DNA from: Intoshia linei
Lineage: Eukaryota > Animalia > Orthonectida
Assembly: GCA_001642005.1 (NCBI GenBank)
Contig: LWCA01000151.1
Location: 1-47,028, forward strand
Direction of reading: 5' to 3'
DNA: 47,028 nt
The notes under the pieces were generated by a model, which saw nothing but the letters and a program-made list of their open reading frames with translations, was not told the origin of the DNA and did not search any database. Each line of letters opens with the position of its first letter. Position 1 is the first letter of the stretch. Positions 37,401-47,028 of this stretch are shown here, one piece after another. Position numbers and translations under genes: made by a program.

Positions 37401-38893
37401 TAGAATTGAGTTTTTTTAAAGTAGAATGCAATAAATCTATTTGTTTGTCATCATCATGTTTAATGGATAAATTCATTAATTTTTCACTTATCATCTTAGT
37501 CTGTACTTCAGTATCAACAAATTCTTTTATATTTGAATCACTTTTATTATCAACAATTTCTTCCATATTAATAATAGTATCAGTTTTGTCAATATATTCA
37601 TTCTAAATTTTTAAATGTCAATGATATATTGAATGTACAAATTCATCTAATCACATATACTAGTACACATGTATATTAAAATATTTTTAATGTATATTTT
37701 ATATAATCATATATAAATTTTTTTTGTAATATTTTAATGCGTCGGTCCGCATGTAGCCATTTTGCGTAATTTGAACCAGCCAGGTATATAACATTAAAAA
37801 ACATTTATTGATTAATTTAAATTCAAGTAAAGTAATTACTAAAACTTTTTCTTATCAAAACCACTCATTTTAATTGTAGAAAAAATGTATAAATACCGAT
37901 TTATTTTTAAGCAATTGAAATCTATCGTCCATAGCATACCAAGTAGGAACATTCTTGTATTTTTTAATAGGTAAATATTCATCAAACATTCCTAAATGCA
38001 CAAATAAATACTTGCGATATAACATTATCTGAATTGCGGTGTAATATTTATGTTCAACAAAATGAGATAATAAATTATAATTTAATAAAATTAAAAAAAT
38101 GAGATTTTAGTGTCATCAAGGCCCAGAGGCTCATATCTGAGAATGTAGTATATACCAAATAAATAAAACATAAATAAATGTTGCATTAAATTTCGATTAT
38201 TATAATTACAAACCCATAAATCGTTATACACAGTGTGTATTACACAGACTCGAAAAACTCGAATTGAGATTTAAATTTTTTCATTATAAAATCATGAAAT
38301 GTCAGTTAATATACAATATATTTGAAAATACCTAAGGGTAAAATATAACCACTAGTATGGCTCTTTGATCCAATAATAAATTTTGAAGTTTCATCCAAAC
38401 AAACTGGTAAATTAGTTTGAACATTCTTTGACTCAACTCTCAAGATTTTGGTTTTCAAATTCTCAGATTCATGTTTTCTTTTTAACATTAATTTTTGACT
38501 TTTAGAATATCCAAAATTATTTTTGCTGTGATTGTCGATATTATTATCCACATTTGTATCTTCTTCAACTTCAATTTGGTTCAATTTTATTTCTTGAATC
38601 AAAGGATAAAGTCGTTTTTTAGGAATGTTAAGTGTATCGACCAATTTATCATTGTGTTCGTTTTTAACTTTTACCAGTGTTTTAAAATTTAACAAGACTT
38701 TTTTCTTACAAAAATTAAATTTTAAATTTTTGCATAAATTGACGGATATATTAATTTTTTTACAATGCCTATCTTTCGTCAATAATTGAATTTGCATGTT
38801 ATTTTGAGATTTTGGTTTTTTGTCAATTTTTAATAAAACTAAAGGATCATTTTCTCTGTAAAGTAGAGTTAGCTTCGCCAAGTCTAGATTCAT
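34422..38893 (-). CDS. Uncharacterised Lys/Asn-rich multi-exon protein
   Basis: 195-codon first ORF followed by AG/GT-bounded exons (MFDEYLPIKKYKNVPTWYAMDDRFQ; ORFs 37354-37566 and 34990-35187; last exon ...SSCNMIDWNEISEIIN*). No family recognised; single-gene assumption untested. Confidence 0.6.
35211..35417. mobile_element. piggyBac-like MITE
   Basis: TTAA|CCCTTTCACTGTCTG ... CAGACAGTGAAAGGA|TTAA; internal repeated GTCTGTGTATTCTAT..ATACACAGCA hairpin units. Confidence 0.9.
35425..36166 (-). mobile_element. Non-autonomous Helitron, diverged copy
   Basis: Collinear with 12748-13385; ACAG/ACAA microsatellite at the 5' end. Confidence 0.7.
36270..36880 (+). mobile_element. Helitron internal fragment
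   Basis: Reverse complement of parts of 10890-11580 and 27330-28150. Confidence 0.75.
36965..37270. mobile_element. hAT-like MITE
   Basis: TIR CAGTGGTGCACAAC / GTTGTGCACCCTG; perfect TSD TTCTAGTC; GCGGCCGC subterminal motifs. Confidence 0.9.
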
Positions 38894-38987
38894 GTCGTGT
38901 ATATTTTTACAATTTTATTGTTCCTATGACTTGGGACAAATTTTCAGATAAACAGTAAAAAATACCAAGTTACTCATTAGTATTATA

Positions 38988-39402
38988 TTAGCTTGTCTGC
39001 TTTGTACCACGTACAAACAGTCGCTAGTTTTGCCGAGGACGTACATTTTTAGATAGTTTCATATTTTGATTAAAATAAATACATTTGTTTGATAAAGCGA
39101 CTATTTGTTCATATGTAAATTTTTGTTTGTTTTTTGTTTGTTTGTTTTTGATATTAATTTTAATTTCAAAGTCTGAGTAAAATTTTTATATACAAACTAG
39201 ATGGGCGGTTGTGTACTTTGTACAATGCACCTAACGAGGACGAAGGCGGACATTTTTAATTCTACCAAAAAAATACATTCTTACTTATATAATATGCTTT
39301 GCAATACTTGTTTGTCCGTGTGTGTTACCGTTTATTTCAATAACTACCAGTCTTAGAATTTTATAAAGTTCACACTTCAATTACAGTTTTTATCCAGGGT
39401 GC
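38988..39402. mobile_element. Cluster of Helitron termini
   Basis: Two minus-strand 3' ends (~38988-39045 and 39197-39278) followed directly by a plus-strand 5' end TCTTACTTATATAATATG at 39279. Confidence 0.75.
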
Positions 39403-40157
39403 ACATTTTATGCACATTTTATTATTTATTAGTAAATTTAAATTATATTTTGTACTAATATTACATTTTGTATCTATTAATTACAAGCACTTATTTATAT
39501 TATAAATAAGACCATAATATGAGATTTATTCATTATTTGTTGTCAAAAATTTGAATACAAATTTACATTTATTTTAACTGAAGGGTTGAGGTTGTATAAT
39601 ACAAAGTAAATGAAAGAAATAAAATTATAAAAAAATATTAGAAGACAAAATGATTCTAAAAAAATAATCAATTTACAATTTAAAAAAAAAAGTCTTTTGA
39701 ACGATGTATGAATACTTCGGTGGGATAAAATAATAATAAAAGAATAAACATAAATTAAAAGAAACGAATAAAAGACTACGAAATAAATTACAAACAGATT
39801 CATTGGAATGAAACATAAACTACTTCATTATAATTAAAAAACATGAAATTTGATATACAGTTTCGGAGAAATAGAGATTGCATCTCATTATTTATATGGA
39901 GCAGTTACAGCACGTTCTTTGAAAAATTTCAAAAATACATTTATTATAAAGTACAAAATAACAGAATTGGTTCTCTTCAAAGTAGATACTAACGGAGCTC
40001 ATTGGCAAAAATAATTATTTTTTGCACGAGAAGATTTCTGTTTTGATCCCCATCGAAAGTAGTAAAAATAATATAAAGCACTATAAGTATTATTGTCATA
40101 TTTTAAAATATTATCATTTTATACTCACATTTATTGTTAATCTAATATAATTATTAA

Positions 40158-40603
40158 CTATATTATAATAGAACAATCTGAATCCTCGGAAGATTCGGCT
40201 AGCATCTCTATCTCTACTATTTCTTCATATAGATTTTTAATCAATGAGTCAGTTTTTCTAATACAACCTTGAATAACGTTACTGGAAAGATCATTAAAGG
40301 CATTATTCAATCTATAAAGTACATCTTTAAAGTTTGTATTAATATCGTATTGTCTCCCAGCATCACCTTTTGTTATGGCCCATATCAATTCGATTGGTTG
40401 TAAATCAGAATAATATGGAGGTGTAAATAATCCAAGTGACCTTCTTCCTCGGCCATATAGCAAATAGTTGACTTGACTAACTATAGCAGCTATCATGCAG
40501 TATCTTTGCCCCTTATATTTTGTTAATTTTCATCCATTGGATCATACAGTGAATCTTCATGTCTAGCATAATTGTGATGTATAAAGCTCTCATCTAAATA
40601 GAC
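40158..40603 (-). mobile_element. IS630/Tc1/mariner (DDE_3) transposase remnant, internally deleted and frameshifted
   Basis: VYLDESFIHHNYARHEDSLYDPMDE (first catalytic D), frameshift, KYKGQRYCMIAAI, then LFTPPYYSDLQPIELIWAITKG (catalytic E); the middle-D region is missing. Possible TIR TA|CAGTTTCGGAG at 39858. Confidence 0.85.
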
Positions 40604-40980
40604 TGAAAATCTATATAATTCATTCTTTCGCAATTTTCAAATTGTCATTTTCAAAACATTTTGAATTAAAACTACAACAACGAAACTAAAAGTAATACAC
40701 CTTTATTAATATCAATTTTTATTTTTATTACAATTCTTTGCAATATTGGTAAAATTTGACTGAAATATGTTTATAAAGTGAAGATTCGATTAATTATTGA
40801 TATATAATTGGTATTTTTAAGTATTTATTAAATTGGTACTGAATATATATCATCACATTGAAAATGACAAAATAGATTTTTATAATTTTAATTTTTCTGG
40901 AATTTATGCTATTTATGACAATTTTTAGGATTGGACTGTTTTTACTTTACTTTTAATATTATACACACATTTTGTCTAAG
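40604..40980 (+). mobile_element. Helitron internal fragment
   Basis: Matches 36598-36875 and window start ~80-170. Confidence 0.75.
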
Positions 40981-41371
40981 TATCTGAATAATTAATTAAA
41001 TAATAGATAATTATTCTTTTTTTTATAAATATTTTTTTAAATTTATGATACAATATGTAGATTGTAATAATATCGGATTATTCTACATACTTATGCGTAA
41101 AGATTAGTGTAATTTTAGGAATAATTAAATAAAAGTCTAAATTTTATCCGGCACATCCAACAATCCAAATGTTTTTACATTTATACGAATATTGAGTATT
41201 AATCCATTTTGTATTGTCAAAGTCCGTGATTATTAGTGAACCTGGTTCACATTTTTCAAACTTTTGCGTATTTTAAATTATTTTAAAATGATGAATTAAC
41301 AAAATTGTAACCATGCCTCGTCGTCACGTAAACTAAATAAATTTAACTGCACTGAACGTTATTTAGTTGAC

Positions 41372-44300
41372 ATGAATCATTATTCGGGACGGAAGGTATT
41401 ATTAATTATTTAGTCTTAATTACCCAAATTTAACTATAATGAAATGTAATTTTTGGTGTAAATACATTAGATATTAAATATCCTACTTATCTTATCTTGT
41501 ATAGTTTACTGCTTTGATTATTTGATAGAATTCATTTACTATTTATTTCAATTTATTTAAGTTAAATTATTACATTGTATTTACTCAATTTATGTTAATA
41601 ATGGAAATTATCTTAATTATCTAGTACATTTAATGTACTATTTTTATATGTGTATTTGCATTTAGTGAACTTCATTTTAGATGGATACTTTTACATTTAA
41701 TTGCAAAACAATAAAATTAAACAATGAATCTGGTGAAACTATTAAAAATTATACCGACCATAATATAGGAAAATTGAGTAGAGTTTTAGTTAAAGCTCAT
41801 GATACGAAGCTTGTTGTCCAGTGTTGTGGTACTTTTTCATAATTTTCATTTATATATTTTTGTATAGATGAAAATGAATCTTTATTCAAATTAAATAAAA
41901 ATTTGAAATGTGTATCTCTTTCGGTAGACACAATTTATGTCAAATCGGATGAATATTCTTTTATTATTATTTTTGAAAATGAAACTAATGCCAAAGAATG
42001 CATTAGTCATATTGCCTCAGTTTGTCAAAAAACTCTTAGTGTTTTTGATAAACGCACTGAAAAAGCTTCAGAGGAACAATATTTTGCCGTTTTATTTATA
42101 ATTTTACATTTTTAGTGTATTTTTAGTTTTATGGATTTTTATCTCAACAGCAAAATATGATGCAGGATTTTATTAGGACTAGTACGTATCAAAGAGCTAT
42201 TTTGGACAATTCTATTGATTTTAGAAATAAGGTTTTTATTGTATTCACTAAAAAACTAATTTGGATCCTGTTTGCCATTTAAATTTCGGAACATTTATCT
42301 ATTTATTTATAATTGCTATTACATGTAAATGTTAAAATTTTTACGTTTATAATTTGTTATTAATTTGCTGATTTTTTCCATAATTTCTTTTTCATTGTAT
42401 TACATTACCGAAAACGTTTTAATGTTTTTTGTGTACAGAAACTGCTTATTTTAGGTCAAATTTTTTATAAAAAATTAAATAATAGGTTGTTATGGATGTT
42501 GGATCAGGTTCTGGGATTTTATCCTTTTTTGCTGCACAAAATGGAGCTAAAATGGTATATTCTATTGAAGCCTCTTCTCAAATGAGCAAATTTTGCCAGG
42601 TTTTTATTTAATTTTAATTAAGATCACTGCGGGACATTGGTAATATGGTAGTGCAGTTTCAAACCAGTTTTGTATTGTATTGTAATTTTGACATTTTTAG
42701 TGTGAATTAGATTAAGGATGCGCTAAGGATTAGTGCGTATTCCAAGAATTTTCTATTAAAATTTATGCACTTTAGATAATAAAGTTTATTTTATATTGAA
42801 TATTGGATTAATTATAATATAATATAAATTTTATATGGTAAATTCATTTACTTGTGAATATGATTTAACTAATTTTATTGAATATTGTAACTTAATTTAA
42901 TGAAATAATGAAGGGTGGTCGATTTGTTGGTTTTTATTACCAGCTAATTTTTTTAAATATATAAATGAATAATTTGTAAAATGTAAATGAATACAATGAG
43001 TTTGTGACTTTCACAAATTTTTAATACTTAGAACAAAAGTGGGAAAGTGCAGCCTTCTGAACAATTTGAATTATTTTACATTTAAAATATTAATTTTTGG
43101 TAAAATGGAATTTTTCAGAAAAATTGGTAAAAGCGGTTTTTTTTCTTAAGGGTTGATAAAATTAGGTTTTTTCTTTTGGGATCAGATAGAGCGATTTTTG
43201 ATTTAAAAATTTGGTGAAATGGTTTTTTCTCTTAAGGTTTTACTTAATTGAATAAAATATGCTAAAAATTGATCATTCAATCCTAATTATCTAAAATTTT
43301 CGTATTCACCCCATGAGAAACATTGCTGTATTTGATTAAATTTTATTTAGAAAGGTGGAGCCTTATTAATTTTTTTGGGACGTTAGTGCTGCTTTTGAAC
43401 AGTTAATGCTTCCCCACCTCTGGTTTAGAATGTAAGTACTCGGAAAAAGGGATTTTTCCTTCATGGTTGCTAAAATTTTGATTCTTTATTTTGTAATTGG
43501 ATTAAAATGTATTTTTCTCTTTAGATTTGGTAAAATCGAAGTTTTCAAAAAAATGTAGGAAGAGATTTTACCTTGACTTTTAAGGCTTAAGGGTTGATAA
43601 ATTGTTTATTTATTTTTTATTTTGGGATTAGATTAAAAGGTTTTTTGTAAAATCATAAAAAGATAATTTTTACAAGGGCTTGAAATCGGATAAAAGGGGA
43701 TTTTTAAAATAATAATTTAGCGGTCATCTAGGATTTGGGATAAACTTTTAACATCTGGAAACTCTGCAATAAATATATTTTACAAAAATAAAATAATTTT
43801 TAATTTTGCCAGTAATAAAATCAAAAATGCTGGTTCTAATACTAGCATATGCTGTTATTCTTTCATCAAAGTAGAGATATATTAATTATTCAATAAGACG
43901 TTAATTATTAACGGTTAATACATTGAAAACTTCTTTAATTATTAGTTAAAAATGAAATAAAATTTCGTAAGGTTTAATAAAAGTAGATAGTTTCCTGTGG
44001 GTCTTATTTAAGTGGATGTTACACAATTTTTTACCTTAGGGACCAGTAAAATTAGACTATTTTTTAGTATTTGGTAAAATTAACGTATTACGACATTTTA
44101 TATTTACTAGTATAAGTTTCTTAATCTGATTATATTAGCAATTGGTGGATTCCAATCATTTTACAAACATCACAGTTGTTAATAGTAAAGTTGAAGACGT
44201 TAAGTTGAATATAGAAGTTGATATGATAATCTCAGAATCAATGGGATATATGCTTCTTAATGAAAGAATGTTAGAAAGCTACGTTCACTCGAGAAAATGG

Positions 44301-45517
44301 TTGAAACCCACTGGTAATTTTATCATAATTTGTCTACTTTACATTTTGGAAAGTTCAATTTTTTTATTACTGTATTTACAGGAAAAATGTTTCCGAGCCA
44401 AGCAGACTTTTTTATTACTCCATTTACTGATGAAGCTTTGTTCATGGAAACTGTAAATAAAACTCATTTTTGGTCCAGTCAATTTTATGGAATACACCTG
44501 AAACATTTGTTACCTGCTGCAGTTGAAGAATATTTTAAACAACCTATTGTGGTAAGTTAAACTATTGGAGAAATTATATGGTAATTTTAGGATACTTTTG
44601 ATATACGTATTTGTATGGCTCGATCAATGAAGCATACTATCAACTTTTTGACAATAGAGGAGAACCAATTTGAAAATATTAACATTGATCTTAATTTTGT
44701 AGTTCGCCAAGCTGGCAATGTGCACGGTCTAGCATTTTGGTTTGACGTTGCATTCATGGGATCAGTGTATTGTTTTTTTAAATACTTACTTAAATCATTA
44801 TAGAAATACAGTCTGGCTGTCTACGTCTCCTTCTGAGCCGTTAACGCATTGGTACCAGGTACGTTGTTTAATCCCGGAACCTCTTTTTGTGAAAGAGGGA
44901 GATCGCCTAGTGGGAAAATTGCAAATGTTAGCCAATAAAAAGTACGCAAAAAGTTATTTACATTTCTATAAAGTTGTAGACAGAGTTATGATATATACAT
45001 TGAATTGGAAGTTGAAGAAACAAGACAAAAGTCTAAAAACAAATTGGATGTAAAGGTATACAATGTACTTTTGAAATTTTTACTAGCTAAAAAATCCGTT
45101 TTTCCGATACAATATACAAGAACCTTATACTCCTCCAGGAACTCAAAAAACTTCGGCTACCGATTCGTATTGGAATAACGTTTCTCAGAATGAGCAATAT
45201 AATCAAAATGTACAGAATGGAGGAACTGCTAATATACTAACAAATAGCGATCATTGTAACATGCCAAACTCCTACGAACCTACGAATGTACAAAATAATT
45301 CTATTTCAGAAAATGGGAAATGGGTAAACCCATTTGTCAAAAATGGTAAGTTTAACTAACGTTTACAATTAAGTGTAATTTTAGGAACTCAAAGCCCCAA
45401 GTTTATAAAAGATGAAAATATTTTTAGCGTTAGTTTTTAATATTTACCATTTAACTTTATATTTAGAAAACTAATAATAATGTAAAAATGGGACGATGTA
45501 ATAGTAAAGAAAAATAG
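41372..45517 (+). CDS. CARM1: Histone-arginine methyltransferase CARM1 (PRMT4)
   Basis: [106 protein letters not shown]. Start may be 41372 (MNHYSGRK mini-exon) or 41681; stop 45517, or 45440 if the last intron is retained. Confidence 0.95.
43095..43700 (+). repeat. Degenerate ~30-bp minisatellite arrays in CARM1 intron
   Basis: Repeated GGTAAAA...TTTTTC(T)TTAAGG units, interrupted at ~43250-43440. Confidence 0.65.
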
Positions 45518-45559
45518 ACTTGTAATATACATATTTTTTTAAATACAATTTAATTTCTA

Positions 45560-46163
45560 TCAATTTGTAATGTGGTTCTTTGTGGGTGTGGAATAGCCAG
45601 ATATTGGTCTTTTCGGTTTTGCCACTCCAGTATAGTTAAATCCTGTTCCATACACGGCCGCGCTAGTTAATTTCACCAAATCAGGGTTTTCGGTGTGGTC
45701 AGTTAAAATTTCAGCTAAAACAATTGAAATTGAAAAAATTATGACCAACTAGTTTTTTTTGCTTTTGAAATATTGCTTTGCAATATTTTCAATGCCTCTA
45801 TGAATGCTTTATTGTCTCTTTGCTATAATTTATTACATAAATTAAAAATGGTTGCTTAAAATTACATTTGGTTCCATCAATTTATTCAAGTGTTGTTCGA
45901 TTGACGGTTGTAATTTCGTTTTTAAAAGTTGTGGAACTTTGTCGTGTGACATCATTGGAAAACGACCTTCAGTTATTTTCTAAATGTATAATTTAATTTA
46001 GAAATTAACCAGTCTTACAGATAAATGTTGATCGTAATCTCTACTTAGAAAACATGGAGAAATTATCACATTTTTTAATTTGTTTACCATTTCCACGTTT
46101 ATAGTTCGACTAGATAACTCAAGTTTACTGGATATAAAGCTAAATGTGGTCATAATTTCTTCC
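45560..46163 (-). CDS. 3' exons of an uncharacterised gene (continues rightwards)
   Basis: Four AG/GT-bounded exons: EEIMTTFSF...; KITEGRFPMMSHDKVPQLL...; QRDNKAFIEALKIL...; EILTDHTENPDLVKLTSAAVYGTGFNYTGVAKP...*. Confidence 0.7.
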
Positions 46164-47028
46164 CTAAAATAAGTAAAACTTGATGATATTCAATAGATAA
46201 GTTAAATCATGGATCCAACTTTATGGACGGGTGGCGTAGATTCGTATTTAATCAATTACGAAATAATTTCTTTATTCAATCGACGAATGTAAAAAAATTT
46301 GAAAAATATACAGGTCCACTAAAGTAATTTGATAAATTTAGTCCAAAAACAAATAAGTATCGTGGTAATAATAGTTTTGGAGCGTTCTATGGTAAAATCT
46401 TCAAAGTTTGTAACCCAGTGTTAAGAATATTCATCAAAAATCATACATGTTTAAATGATTTGGATTTTGTTCTATTAAACAAATTAGACCAACAATTTTT
46501 TCTTTAATTTTTGTCAAATGTACAATGTTATTGTCTATAAACTGGGCATTTTGATTTTGTGCTTCCATTTAATTTTTTTACAATTTAAAATAGAATACAA
46601 AAATCGATAACTTTGTTTTTTTATAAAAATAACTTTATTTTAGGTTTCATGATGAAACTTTTATTTTGTAACTTGAAAAATTGAAGATTTTGATAAATTT
46701 GATTTTTGATAAATATTTTCAAAGATTATGGAATATTACTCATTTAACCTATTTAAATTTTTTGAAATTATCATTGAAAAAACAACAATTTTGTTATTAG
46801 TTAATGATTAACTTAGAGGTTTTCAAATGCAGATTTCCGCCCCCTGTCGGTCTGTTTAATTAACCGCTCCACCGAAAAAATTTAATATTGATCTGAAAAC
46901 GTAAAGTAATGTAGTGATAATAATTTACTAACGTTTAGTATTATATGTCAAGTAGGGTGTCCACTTTTTTAAAAATCAAAAAGTATATTTGCCTATAGAT
47001 GTATTTTTATGCGCTGATCACGATTATG

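Noticed and set aside
500-39280. Recurrent palindromic TGTAC-nnn-GTACA motif as CRISPR-like or regulatory repeat
   Set aside because: Dispersed and not regularly spaced; explained as Helitron 3' hairpins in a eukaryotic genome.
39543-39803. 86-aa Phe/Ile-rich ORF
   Set aside because: Low-complexity T-rich strand artefact with no splice or family support.
46208-46420. Possible hAT-like MITE
   Set aside because: Termini too degenerate and no TSD could be confirmed.

Overview
Very AT-rich eukaryotic (metazoan-type) genomic DNA with densely packed multi-exon genes, mostly with ~30-40 nt GT-AG introns; the longer introns are expanded by transposon debris. This architecture is consistent with a reduced parasite genome such as an orthonectid (inference only). 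Genes recognised by manual splicing and recalled family motifs: a disabled FAAH-type amidase (3.7-4.8 kb), TMEM9-like (9.7-10.5 kb), a type-I membrane protein with signal peptide + ApeC (apextrin C-terminal) domain + TM helix + Tyr-rich tail (13.8-15.4 kb), NPHP1 (17.6-28.6 kb), CHAF1B (29.4-31.9 kb), SEC61A (31.9-34.2 kb), CARM1 (41.4-45.5 kb) and three uncharacterised genes. The mobilome includes a non-autonomous Helitron family (>10 copies or ends), two classes of hAT-like MITEs separable by their 8-bp TSDs, a piggyBac-like MITE, two Tc1/IS630 remnants and a dispersed ~30-bp minisatellite. The most notable item is the membrane-anchored ApeC receptor candidate. No database searches were run; all family calls rest on motifs recalled from memory.
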